Source: Eledone cirrhosa (taxonomy: Eukaryota). Taken from it: 64,000 nt of DNA. The stretch spans positions 186,806,001 through 186,870,000 of the forward strand of contig OZ024742.1 of assembly GCA_964016885.1 (NCBI GenBank). The letters run 5' to 3'. This document shows, in pieces, positions 43,868-56,519 of this stretch. The position numbers and the translations under genes were made by a program. How positions within the stretch are numbered: position 1 is the first letter of the stretch; the number at the start of each line of letters is the position of its first letter. The notes under the pieces were generated by a model. The model worked only from the letters and a program-made list of their open reading frames with translations, was not told the origin of the DNA and searched no databases.

Positions 43868-44467
43868 TTAGTGATTTAATCCTAGTATGTATATAAGCAT
43901 TTCTAACATTAATTTTTACCTAATTATGTATGGTTGACCGTATATTTAATTAATTTCCACGTGCTGTTGAAATGTTGGGTAAATATTTTAAAGCGGTTGC
44001 ACGCGAAGACACCACAATAGCGTATTTATTTACTGTTTCTTCATAGATGCCTTTTATTCTTATAGCCTGGTCTAATTGATTTTTTGTGTGGTTAATTATG
44101 CTGATTGGGAGTAGAGATGATGTATATATATTATCAAATAATTCTCTGGACATACTTTACTCTATAGTATTTTGCTCTGATTAATTTATTAATTCTCCAT
44201 TGAGCCACATCGTGAAAAGTTGCCAAAACACCTATATACCTGTGACTTTGTTTAATTGGTGTATGTGAAAATATTTATATATATATATACAATACATTAA
44301 CAGAGAAAGCTTTAAGTTAACTTTGACTGGCTTCCATCTCTCTCAACAAACATTAGGATATACCTTAGTATAATACCAATTTTACGTTTGGGGTGCTAAC
44401 TATATGTATTTTGCGGAAAGCCAGTTGTATTATTTTATATGAGACATAATTAAAATATATCTCCCTT

Positions 44468-44588
44468 TCCAAACAATTGTTTCATTATAAGTTTTCTACA
44501 AGTTGGGAAAATGTGTCCAGGTTATGTAGAAGCCTGCACATATTCCGTAGGAATATATGCAGGTGGGCACTTATAAATCATCAGTGGA
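44468..44588 (-). ncRNA. Type I hammerhead, family H, extended stem II
   Basis: Reverse complement reads TCCA-CTGATGA-tTTATAAGT...ACTTATAAt-GAAA-CAATTG-TT-TGGA, with an internal hairpin CCTGCATATATTCC / GGAATATGTGCAGG. Confidence 0.75.
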
Positions 44589-45934
44589 TGCCCGTCAAAC
44601 ATCGATATAAAAAAACTCTCTTACCGATGTCCAATCCAATGTTAGCGATGGTCTCTCTCGGTATCAGAATGACCGCCAAATTTGAAATTCCAGCAGTCTC
44701 AGAATGAGAAATTTCACTCTGTCCTCAAGCGGAAAGGGGAGGTCATCGCGAAACATAAGAAAGTAAAATAATATACACGCGGGTCAATTAATTTTTTCAA
44801 CAATTTTAACCATGCGTGTGAAGAGCTCAATTAGATTTTAAAAAAAAATAAATATATGCATGTATTATTTATACACGCATATAGGTATTTTCTTAGGCTA
44901 AAAACAGAGATATGATACCAGAATAACAATCAATATTTCATAGTAATAATAAATACGGAAAGTTGCGCTTAAAAGGTATCTGGAAATATTCATCTCAGGC
45001 CAAATCAAGAGTATAATATTCAATACATTAACAGAGATATATATCTGTCTCCGTGGCCTAATGGTAGGTATTAGAGACGGTGGAGAACCTGATCTGGGTT
45101 TCGATCTCAGTCAAAGTCTATAGATATATAGATATATATATATATATGTGTATGTATGTATGTATGTATGTACAAGGTAAACACAAATAACGACATAATC
45201 GGTACAGTATATGGAAGGAATATATTAAGTTAACGCTTGAAATAGCCGGAAGAAGGTCTTAACCTTTCGGATGCTAGTCCTTCACTAGAAAAAAGAATGA
45301 GAATTTAGATAGATTGAAACGACGGGCGGGGCGGAATTGGAAAAAGTGTCTTCAGATAAAAATAACAAGTACATTCATGTTGCCATCTCACACATACACA
45401 AACACACCCACACACACACTCACACACACACACAAACATATATATATATGAGAGAGTGAGAGAGGAAAAAAGACATATATATATATGTCTTTTTTTCTAT
45501 GTATGTATGTATATATGTATGTATACATAGAAAAGTAGAATGAAGTAATTTCATTATATACAAGTATCTCTCCTGATATGACCCTGTCAAGAAAGCGTTC
45601 AACAGTTTTATTCTCCTCCGCCACCGCTGTACATCACATTATACTGATTATATAATCATTCAAGAACAAGATGTCGAATTGATATTAGGTAAAACTAATA
45701 CATTCTGGTGAATATGAAGCCGTCTGGAATAATTAAGTCTAAAAAGTCGATTAATCATTAAAAGTAAATTGGCCATAGACAGAAAAGCCTTGCTTAAATC
45801 GTGACACTTTATCTCGATTTCACTAAAGATATATATAGGTAATTCCTCATTTTTGAAATACTATCTAAAGTTGTTCTATTACTCTAAACAGAGACTTTAG
45901 TTAATTTACTTCGAGAAAAATATTTCCTTATAAT

Positions 45935-47590
45935 AATTGTTTCTACTTTTGGCACAAGGCCGGCAATTACTACAGTGCGTTACTGGTGCTGAATTTTATC
46001 GACCCCGTAGGATGAAAGACAAAGTAACCTCGGCGGGATTTGAACTCAGACCGTAAAGAGGCGTAACTCTATGCTGCGAAGCATGGCGTTCGACCCTCTA
46101 CCGATACTGCCAATCCATAATAATTGTTTCTACTTATGGTACAAGGCCAGCAATTATCCAGTACATTACTGGTACTTTATTTTATCGACCCCGTAAGGAT
46201 GAAAAGCAAAGTTAACCTCGGCGGGATTTGAATTCAGACCGCAAAGGGCTGTAACTCTATGCTGCAAAGCATGGCGTCCGACCCTCTACTGTCAATCCAC
46301 CGCCCCATATAATAATGGTTTCTGATTTATGCACAAGGCCAACAATTTTTTGGGGGAGGAGGCAAGTCGATTAAATCCACCCCAGTGCATTACTGGTACT
46401 TTATTTTATCGATATTCTATGTATAAAAGACAAAGCGAACCTCGATAGGATTTGAACTCAGAACGTAAAGGGCCATAACTATATGTGGCAAATCTTGTTG
46501 TCCGATGCTCTACCGATTACTGCCATTCCACTGGTACTTATATTAATGACCTCGATCATTATATGACGAGTAAATTAGGAGTAATTGTGCTGTCGTCATA
46601 TACTATATAAAACTATTGATGTTACTATAGTGACTAATATTATTAGCTGGCAGTATCGGTAGAGGGTCGGACGCCATGCTTTGACGCATAGAGTTACGGC
46701 CCTTGCCATTCTGAGTTCAAATCCCGCCGAGGTTAACTTTGCCTTTCATCCTTACGAGGTCGATAAAATAAAGTACCAGTAATCCACTGGGTAATTGCTG
46801 GCCTTGTGCCAATAGTAGAAACAATTATTAGCAGTACCAATGGTTTCTTATATAGGTACAAGGCCAGCCATTTTGGGAGAGGAGAAAGTCGATTAAATCG
46901 ACTCCAATGCGTGACTGGTACTTTATTTTATCGACCCCGTAAGGATGAAAGGCAAAGTTAACCTCGGCGTGATTTGAACTCAGATCATAAAGGGCCGTAA
47001 CTCTATGCTGCAAAGCATAGCTTTCGACCCTCTATCGACACCGCCCTTATTAGCAGTCACAATAACATAGAGTGATTCATCATTGAGGCATATATGAAAG
47101 GATACACAATAGATTTATGTATAGTAAACAGTCTCACCATAGTTACCTTAAGCTGTGATCATGTCGCAGTTACCTCATTAGCAGTGTTTTATTTATGACA
47201 AAATCTTAGCTTAAGGTACCATAGTTACGTCCCTTTATGATCTGAATTCAAATCCCACCGAGGTAAACTTTGCCTTTCATCCTTATGGAGTCGATAAAAT
47301 GAAACACCAGTAATGCACTGGGGAATTGCTGGCCTTGTGCCAAAAGTAGAAACAATTATACATAAACGTAGGGCGATCGATTGGCAGTATCGATAGAGCA
47401 TCGGACAACATGCTTTGAAGCATAGAGTTATGGCCCTTTACGTTCTGTGTTCAAATCCCGCCGAGGCTAGCTTTGCCTTTCATCCTTACGGGGGTCGATA
47501 AAATAAAGTACCAGTAATGCACTGGTTGAATTTAATCAACTTTCTACTCTCTCAAAATGTTTGGCCTTGTGTCTAAATCAGAAACAATTA
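45935..47590. mobile_element. Cluster of seven tRNA-derived SINE copies in mixed orientation
   Basis: Minus: 45935-46117, 46120-46306, 46315-46530, 46840-47047. Plus: 46645-46828, 47220-47358, 47370-47590. Confidence 0.9.
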
Positions 47591-47909
47591 TACATAAACA
47601 AATTTATATGCTTTAATATATCCTTCTATTATAATAGAGACTTAAAGTATTAGTCCACGCTATCTCAGTATATGACTCTCTCTCTCTCTCTCTCTCGCAC
47701 AAGACCCACACACTCACTGTAAGAAGAGCTCTGCATGAACTGTATACTAATATAATGATTAGAGAAACAAATCTCCAACCGAGACTACTCTCCACACAGT
47801 TTCATGACAGAACCTCTATTTAAGGTTCTTCAGATCATGAGAAACATGTGTCTTGGTTTTCTATCTCTTTCGACGACGATCGTGAAATTAACGAGCAAAA
47901 AAATGACGA

Positions 47910-48138
47910 TTCCACAGACACATGTACACTTAACGTAGTTCTCAGGGAGATTTAGCGTGACATGGTGTGGGGTAAGACTTTCTCTTTGAATTAGATGTAC
48001 AACTAATTTTTGTCAGCTGAGTGAACTGAAACAACGTGAAATAAGTGTCTTGTTTAAGGATACAATGTGCTGCGAGGAATCGAAACTACAACCTTACGAT
48101 CGTGGGCCAAATACTTTAATTACTATGCCACAGGTCTT
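47910..48138 (-). mobile_element. tRNA-derived SINE related to 25618-25736
   Basis: Reverse complement reads ...CGATCGTAAGGTTGTAGTTTCGATTCC...TCCTTAAACAAGACACTTATTTCAC...CTCCCTGAGAACTACGTTAAG. Confidence 0.75.
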
Positions 48139-48420
48139 CAATCATAAGAAGCATATCTACATGTTTAAAACGATAGTATGGACGTAAATATAATGTTAAT
48201 CCAAATAGATTTGTTAGGGTTCAGGTAATCTATTAAAATGTTACGTGTTCCAGCCGACAGGCTTAGGTCATGCTGGGGCACCACCATTAAACAATGCTTC
48301 GTTAAATCAATCATAATGTTCGATATTTTGGTACGTTTCAGATACGTAACAGTGCATTGAGTTACTGATGCATCACATACACACATGCATACACATATAA
48401 ACGTGTATATGTATGTATGT

Positions 48421-48685
48421 TTATTTATCTCTTAATTTCGAGTACATTTTTGAACGGCAACCTTCCTGGTGGCAAGGGTGTAAAAGAAAAGAAATTGTCA
48501 TCCCTCGAATCGCAACAATGATTTTGCAAATTTTAAACGTGCCAGCTATCGGAGCCATTTGTAGTCTATGAATTAGGAAGCTGCGCTCTTTGTCCACAAA
48601 TGCAAGTTCAGTTATACTTTGGCACAAGTGGGTTGGTATATAACCTGTAGCTCCAATAGTGATGCGTAGGAAGTTGGGTATGTAT
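48421..48685 (-). mobile_element. 3' end of an RLE-type non-LTR element
   Basis: FLRITIGATGYIP...LQMAPIAGTFKICK resembles the C-terminus of R4/R2-group endonucleases. Confidence 0.6.
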
Positions 48686-48689
48686 GTCG

Positions 48690-49322
48690 GGTCACTCTTG
48701 AGTGTTACTGGTAACATGTAACCCAGTACAACCAGTCGTACGGTCGGCTCGTCGGCGACTAAACCGGCAACCCCACCAAGTTTACTTGGTGAGGAGGGTT
48801 ATTTTGGACACCCTGCAGGACAGAAAACAAAACCTGACGAAAGGGCGGAAGAACTCTTAAGAGTCAACGGCCATCCAAAAGTGTGTAAATATGTATATAC
48901 ACATGTACATATGTATGTATATGTGTATGTGTATATACATGGGTCTATGAGTGCGTATATGTGCGGGGACATAGGAATAGTCGGGCTGGACACCCGATCG
49001 CGCTGTTAAACCACTGGGAGTAAAGGAACTCTAGCTTTTGTCAGGGTATTCTTCTAGGAGACGGCAACTCAGGAAACTGGGATAACTCCGATATAAAACC
49101 TGCGGCTCAGTAGTTACCGATGATCTTGATCTTTTCTTGTTTTCGGGTTATAGCTACTGTCGTTCAGAGAGTGGGATTGGCTCAGTGCACAGTCTTTCCT
49201 CACTTTAAAAACTATCTTCACGCACAGGCATTGCATGATAGCATTAATTAATAATTATTAATAATGGTATATCGTGCAATGGCCATACTCGATAACGAGG
49301 AGGCAGCCATCATCATCATCAT
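48690..49322 (+). mobile_element. Non-autonomous RTE-related element with internal microsatellite and (CAT)n/(ATGT)n tail
   Basis: The 3' end TCGTGCAATGGCCATACTCGATAACGAGGAGGCAGCCATCAT is shared with the RTE at 50692-52005. No ORF is present. Confidence 0.75.
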
Positions 49323-49544
49323 GTATGTATGTATGCATGTATGTATGTATGTATGTATGTGCGTGTGTGTATGTGTGCATGTGTGCATGTATGTATATGT
49401 GTGTGTGTATGTATATGTGAAGCTATTGGCTCAAAAGTATGATTATTCACACCCTTACATGTATTGAACGATCATTTCATTTAGTTAAATAGGTGTTCGA
49501 TCAACAAAACAAATTGCTTATGGAATTAACGTGTATGAGGCTAA

Positions 49545-50124
49545 GGATTCCACAGACGCGTGTACCCGTACCGTAACTCCCTGGAAGAGTCAGCGTGATA
49601 CAATAAACGACTAGACAGAAGTTTTGAATTACATCTGTTGTCCATCCGGCGGGCTTCGAAACAGTTTCCGCCTACCCAAACACACGCTCAATTTATGGGT
49701 CGATGCGTGGCTATTTGCCCCAGATTCCACACCGTTGGATTGAACCCTGGACCTAATTTGTGGGAGGCGAACTCCTTAACTATTCAGCCATGCTCTTAGA
49801 ACGTAAACAGCCTTAACTCTTTGCCGCAAAGCATGTCCGACATACTACGGCTACTGCCAATGCATGGCCCTAATGCATCTTATAATAATTGTTTTTAATA
49901 TTGATACAAGACCAGCAATTTTGGGGAAAGGATAATTTGATTTAATCGACCTCACTTGTCGATTAAATCGACTTGTACCTTATTTTTTTTGTTATCCTTG
50001 AAGGATGAAAGGTAAAGTTAGCCTATGGCCAAGGCAGCATTTGAACTCAGAACAAAGAGAGCCAGAACAGATATTACTAAGCATTTGTCTAAAGGCTCTG
50101 TAGATTCTGCAAATTAACCGCCCC
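49545..50124 (-). mobile_element. Adjacent decayed SINEs (49545-49793, 49795-49870, 49885-50124)
   Basis: Reverse complement has a tRNA-like head GCATGGCTGAATAGTTAAGG...GGGTTCAATCC, plus the Deu/Nin-like core. Confidence 0.7.
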
Positions 50125-50691
50125 ATGCATCTTATAACAATGCAACAAGAAATATCTAATTTATATGGCATAACATCTCACAATCTATAACGAAACTGAC
50201 TGAAACGGCTTAGATAAAAATAATTGACCCAGCTTGATAGAAATAAATCAAGTATGGATTAAAATTTGCGATTATTTATGACTGTTTGTCTTGTCGTAGC
50301 CATAAGATACACACACACTAACATTAAACATCAAAGCTCGGCATGATATAATAACTTTATTATTATTCAAAACTGATGTCTTTTTAATTTAATTAAGCTG
50401 TCTGCTTCTCACTGTGCTGTGAATTGGTGAATTGCTTTAAACTTGAGTCTATTACTTATGGAAGTGTAACACAATAGAATTAAATTAACGAATTTAAACG
50501 GAGTTGTAATTATACGTGATTGAACTGTTGTAATAGCAGTCGAGGCCAAGCGACATGATTGGCAGATAAGGGAGGGGGAATACAACTAAGCTGCATAGCT
50601 AATCAGCTACATGTATGTATGTATGTATGTATGTATGTATGTATGTATGTATGTATGTATGTATGTATGTATGTATGTATGTATGTATGTA

Positions 50692-51723
50692 TGATTAGGA
50701 AAGCAAGTGATGCTTTCGGAAAGCTAGAAAGGCGACTCTGGGGTCGGCGAGACATATGCAGGAGGACTAAGGTAAAGGTGTACAGGGCATGTATGCTCTC
50801 TTGTCTTCTTTATGCCTGCGAGACCTGGGTCACATATCGACACCACCTTAAGCAATTGGAGCGTTTCCATCAGATGTGTCTCAAACGGATCCATGGCGTT
50901 CACTGGAGGGACCACATCAGTGATGTCGAGATTTTGGAAAGCTCTATGTGTGACAGTATAGAAGCTCTTGTGCTTTAGCAACGACTCCGTTGGAGTGGTC
51001 ACCTTGCCAGGATGAAGGATTCTAGAATACCAATAACAACTCTTTTATGGAGAGTTGGTTAAAAGAAAACGACCGCCACATAAACCAAAAAAGTGGTATA
51101 AGGATTCCTTGAATGCCTCTCTGAAAGACGCTAACATCTCTGCTGATACATGGGAAAATATTGCTGCTGATCGTAATAAATGGAGAAAGACTGTATATGA
51201 GGGAAAAGTTGCCTTTGAGGCATCTCAAATCGCATACGAGAAAGTAAAGCGGGATGTGAGGAAGGGCATTGCTGTTGCACTTCCAGACGGAGAGGGTCCT
51301 CCTATGGTGCTGACATGCAGCGTCTGAGCGAGACTCTGCCTAAGCAAAGCTGGACTCGAAAGTCATCTTCGCAGTCATAAAGTAAGACCAGTGGTTGACT
51401 ACCAGGCTGCTGTTGGAGATGTTACTCATCATGCTTGCCAAACATGTGGTAGAGAATGTAAATCAGCAGGAGGGCTCAAGCGACATGCAAAAGTACACGA
51501 ACTCCAACCACAGCCGACTATTCCTAGTGAATGTTTTGGTTGCCGACTCTGTGCAAGACATTTTAGATCATTGGCTGGGCTAAAAAGCCACATTCGATCG
51601 CAGCGCTGTTAGTTGCTATCGTGTGTGTGTGTGTGTGTGTATAGATATGCTTATGTGTGTGCGTGTATGTGTATATATATATGTATATGTATATTATTAT
51701 TGTTGTTGTCGTTATTATTATTG

Positions 51724-51758
<35 letters not shown>

Positions 51759-51784
51759 GTTATTAATGTATGTGTGTGTGTATA

Positions 51785-51815
<31 letters not shown>

Positions 51816-51832
51816 ATGTGTATGTATGTGTG

Positions 51833-51909
<77 letters not shown>

Positions 51910-52005
51910 CTTTTTTTTTATTTTTATTTTCCTTTTTATTTATTTATTAATTTTTTTTTCTCCTCGTGCAATGGCCATACTCGATAACGAGGGGGCAGCC
52001 ATCAT
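50692..52005 (+). mobile_element. RTE (BovB-like) LINE, 5'-truncated, with three C-terminal C2H2-type zinc fingers
   Basis: IRKASDAFGKLERRLW...TKVKVYRAC.LSCLLYACETW...LERFHQMCL, LRWSGHLARM, WENIAADRNKWR, then CSV*..C.SKAGLESHLRSH, CQTCGRECKSAGGLKRHAKVH and [20 protein letters not shown]. Flanking CAGCTACATGTATGTATGT is duplicated at 50604 and 52056. Confidence 0.93.
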
Positions 52006-52189
52006 GTATGTATGTATGTATGTATGTATGTATGTATGTATGTATGTATGTATAGCCAGCTACATGTATGTATGTGAAATGGGATGGTTCTCCGTTAGTT
52101 TCGACAATAATGGTTCCAGTTGTTCATCTATTAAACCAGCCTACTTTCCGAGACCGATGCTATGATGTTAGGCCAGCTAAGAAAGCTGG

Positions 52190-54280
52190 GGGTACACCTC
52201 ACTCAGATATATGGCCTCTGCGCCGCGCCACTGGAGCCGACTAGTTCATTATGTTCATGGCAAGGACCAATAAAATATCGCTTTCTGATTAAGACGTAAG
52301 GACAACAATTTTTTGAGAAGGAAAAGTCGATTAAATCGACACCAGTTCATTACAGGTACTTTATTTTATCGACCTGTAAGGATGAAAGGCAAAGCTAACC
52401 ATAGCAGGATTTGAACTCAGATTGTAAAGGGGCGTAACTCTATGCCTTAATGCATGTTTTCTCGACGCTCTACCGATACTCTCAATCCATTGCCCTAAGG
52501 ACCAAAAGAATATCGGAGATGCTACAACCTGTTATTTCTTTCCCAAAGGGCGGTGGATTGGCAGTATCGGTAGAGGGTCAGACACCATGCTTTCCAGCAT
52601 AGTTACGTCCCTTTACGATCTGAGTTCAAATCCCGCCGAGGTTGACTTTGCCTTTCATCCTTACTGGGTCGATAAAATAAAGTACCAGTAATGCACTGGA
52701 TATTGCTGGCCTTGTGCCTAAAGTAGAAACAATTATTTCTTTCCCAAGTCAGTGTCATTCTAAGATTACTCACCCAGAAGTTATCCTTAACTTGAAATAT
52801 TGTTGTTGTTATCCAGTATCAGGTCGTTGGTCTTACTGGGATCAATGGTGTTGGTGGAATGTAACCTCAACGAGTCAGTATGGTATGGACCCATAAGTAT
52901 TTTCTAGATACAATCACATAACAATTAAAACGCTTTTGTAAGTTTCTCTGATTCTCTGTGTGACTAGAGCAGTGCGCTCCAAGCAATCAGAAACCTAGGA
53001 ATCCCAGTTTCTACACTAAGGAATCGATATAGCTGTTTCTAAGGAGAATCTCAATCAGGTATCATGATACAATGCTGAGAAACACCTCTCCATCTACACA
53101 CTACAGTGAGATTGACTGGAAGTGATTGATGTCGTCCGGAATTTCCTCTCTGGGGATCTCAACACCCTCATCCTGCATCCAGTTCTCAGTAACTCTCCTT
53201 CAGTGATAGGCATCTGAGGGGCTCTGAGCAAAGCTTATAAACTACGTAAAGTTCACCACTAGGGTCTACGACAGACGCCAAGTGTGCCGCCATGATGACA
53301 CACTTAACCTCCTTCAGCTAGATCAATGAGAGCTTTATTGGGCTCAAGCCCAAAGTGTCATGGACGAAAATGATTTATTTTTGCAGAATATTTGACACAA
53401 TTACTGCATCGATCCCCGAGTAATAACTTGGTAAAACAAAAGGGATTAGCAATGAACGCAACCTTCCTACCGACTCTGTCTCTCTGTCTGCATGTCTGTC
53501 TCTCTCTCTCGCCTACTGAGGAGGGCACAAGTGATTCTTCTGACGATGTTTTGCGGCTAATGGTAATGTTTCTTTAGTTGGTGTTTTGTATTACTTCTTG
53601 AGATTCCGAAGCTCCTGATGGAGTTAGTGTATTTTAGTGGTCCACCGCTTCATGATGTACGTAGTAGTTTTGCTGTTACATTTTTCAACTCAGTCAAAAC
53701 TCTCGGAGATGTATTTTACAATGATGGAAGTCATTGTATAGAGTTACCTGTCTGCATTTAATTTGTTTGTGACTTGAAGGATTTCATTCCCGACATTGTG
53801 TCAACTGTAGCCGTTTACTCACGTTGATGGTTGGGGACAGCTTAACCCCTTGCTGATTCTGATCTATAATGCAAAGGTTAAGAGACCGTGATATGGGAAG
53901 GGACTTGGCCTATGCACTGTATCTCACTCTCTTTCCCTAAACATTTCATACGGGTCTGGTTGATTTTAAGGCACCCTTTGGGTTTGTACAGTTTGTTGCA
54001 CGTGGATCTTATAGTCCAGTTGATTGCCTGTTCCGTTACCGTTTTTCCCGTCTTAATGGAGATCTGAACACCGTTCTCGGGATCTTCTGGGGATATCTTT
54101 CCCATGCCTTTTCTATAGCTTTAAATAATGGGTTTTAATCTCACGAAACACAGATTGGTGTGCCAAACCTTCCTGTTCCTCACTATCAACTGTATCTCCT
54201 GTAATCACCAAACTATCTTTTGAGGTCACCCAGGTGTTTCCCTTGCGAATCACTGGCTATGTCAGGCATCAATGTCCAAG
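52190..54280 (-). mobile_element. HERO-clade non-LTR relic (N-terminal zinc finger and RT), interrupted by two SINEs
   Basis: Minus frames give CNKLYK...LKINQTRMKC, W..EGV.IP.EE...DINHFQSISL..VDGEVF.SIVS, NSYID, L.NTYGSIP, ITGCSIS and LAMN. Confidence 0.8.
52548..52736 (+). mobile_element. Full-length tRNA-derived SINE with a 15-bp TSD
   Basis: TSD TTATTTCTTTCCCAA at 52532-52546 and 52733-52747. The neighbouring minus copy 52281-52495 has an imperfect TSD, AAGGACCAA.A.AATATCG. Confidence 0.92.
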
Positions 54281-54643
54281 ATAAATCCCCGTAAATGAGC
54301 CGGAACGCAGTATTTTAATAAGTGTATAATTAATGTGTTTATTGCACAACCCCCACAAACGCGCGTGTGTGTGCGCGCGCACACACACACACACACACTC
54401 ACAATGGTAGCTCTGATTTTATGTCGAAGATACATTCATAGAGGAAGTGACGTAAATGAAATCGGAGTAAAATCTATCCATTAGATGATGATATAAATGT
54501 CATATGATGCGAGAAAAACCACAAACCGTCCATCTCAATGGTACTTTTGAAAATCACAAGAACGGCGAAACCGGTAAAGGTAGCAAATAAATATATATAA
54601 AAAAAAAAAAGACTCCAGTTGCATTTTCGATTTCATCTTTTTT

Positions 54644-54681
<38 letters not shown>

Positions 54682-54776
54682 TATATATAGAGCTATAAAC
54701 TCAAACAGTCTTTTACAATTAATTAGCTCAAAGAAAGAGGTATTTCTGAGCCGTGAAATATAAGTTAATATAAATT

Positions 54777-54953
54777 AATTGTTTCTACTTTAGGCACAAG
54801 GTCAGCAATTACCCAGTGCATTACTGGTACTTTATTTTATCGACCCCGTAAGGATGAAAGGCAAAGTCAACCTCGGCGGGATTTGAACTCAGACCGTAAA
54901 GGGACGTAACTATGCTGGAAAGCATGGCGTCCGACCCTGTACCGATACTGCCA
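54777..54953 (-). mobile_element. tRNA-derived SINE (a further decayed copy lies at 56115-56317)
   Basis: Reverse complement of the 52548 consensus. Confidence 0.9.
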
Positions 54954-55119
54954 ATAAATGAATATATGATAAACACGAATATAATCATATAAGTCTTTGT
55001 ATTGCAAATGACCAAGTTAGCTAGATTGAAAAATACTAATTATATATATATGCCCCCCCCCCCCCCCCCTACCCCCCCCCCCACTCTCCTGAGCGTGAAA
55101 TTAATAAACATTTATTGTA

Positions 55120-55405
55120 CTGCCTCTCTGTAGGCTCCAACTTAGATGCTAAGTAATATTGCTGTCTTGGAGGTCCTAAATATGACCAGAAAGTGCTGTA
55201 GTATGTCGCCAGGCCGGGTTTCTAAATGAAAGTTGGTGTTGGTAGTACCTGGTCTTAAACTCGCATACGGTTAATCCAATGTAGGCCTTGTTGGAGTGTT
55301 CCGTCATCACGTTGCACTGGTAGACTACGTTTCGTTCGCGGCATCTGTTGTTGAGTGGGCATGATGATCTATCCAGACAGTTGCAACTCCTAATTTGCTC
55401 ATCGC
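55120..55405 (-). mobile_element. Penelope-like GIY-YIG endonuclease fragment
   Basis: Minus frame reads SCNCLDRSSCPLNNRCRERNVVYQCNV...AYIGLTVCEFKTRYYQHQLSF...TTALSGHI*. Confidence 0.88.
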
Positions 55406-56519
55406 TAATATCGTTGAAACAAAGGTAAATAATACAAATAAAGCAATAAGTCTAGATACATAGCTACCTCAGTAAAATATTATAATTGTTCTATTCTCAA
55501 TCGGAATGTAAATGAATTATCAAGACTAGACAGGAAGCAAGAAAAACAATAATGGCTGCAATTAGAATACTCCGCTAAAACATCAACACACAAATTTTAT
55601 ATTTGTCACAAAATACAGAGAAGTTGGATGATATTGAAAATAGAAGCCTATTAAGATGTATTTATTGTGAACATTCAAAAATATCTAGTATAAAGAATTA
55701 ATTAAAACTAATATAAATTATTATAAGACATTTTAAAAACCCTTAAAAAACCGAAAACAACAAAAAGGGTTCTAGAATTTTCTTGTTAAAGCAGTCAAAA
55801 ATTATATAAGAGAGGTTTTGAATTAAAAGACAGCCGTGAGCTAGGTGGATAAATCACCGCAAGGACTATTAAAAAAAAAGATAAAGGAAAAGAAAAGACG
55901 AAACTAAAGTGAAAGTAGGATTATAAAATGTTGTGTTAAGACATTGACAAGATAATCCGTAGACAGTCAATAGCTGACAATATTTAGAAATGTTAAACTG
56001 AATAAAGTAAAGAATCGCCATTGGCTGAAAAGTGCAGAAGTCAAGAAGTTTTAATTGTAGAATAAAAAACAAAATTCTTCCTATAAAAAGCTATCATAAA
56101 AAACCTCAACATATAATGGTTTTTAATTTAGATAGAGGGTTAGCAATTTGAGAGAGAGGTAGGAAATCGACCCAAACAAATACTTGACTGGTACTATTTT
56201 ACCAACCTCGAAAAGATGAAAGGCAAAGTTGCTCATGACGGGATATGAACCCAGAACATAAAGAGCTGTGACTAACTACCGTGGATCATTTGTACGGTGC
56301 TCTAACGATTCTACCACTATTATTATTATTATTATTATTGTTCTTTGAGTCTCAGTCATTGATGTTAGTTAACTGGAAAGTTTGTTGAAATGAATATCAA
56401 TATTCATGGCAGTTCCAAATCTTTTTTACCTCCCACTTTAAGTCCTGGTATCGGTTAATTTTCTCATTCTCCTTCTCTTGCACTCTCTATCATTATTATT
56501 ATTATTTCCATTATTATTT

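Noticed and set aside
45050-45118. tRNA-like sequence (also the SINE heads at 25618 and 52548)
   Set aside because: A/B-box-like motifs only, with no complete cloverleaf. These are best explained as SINE heads, not tRNA genes.
47775-47856. CCAA-CCGAGA...GAAA-CATGTG-TC-TTGG hammerhead-like motif (similarly 34240-34300 and 54415-54475)
   Set aside because: The core is too degenerate to distinguish from chance without a family consensus.
51391-51612. Stand-alone C2H2 zinc-finger gene
   Set aside because: It continues the disrupted RTE ORF and is followed by the RTE 3' tail.
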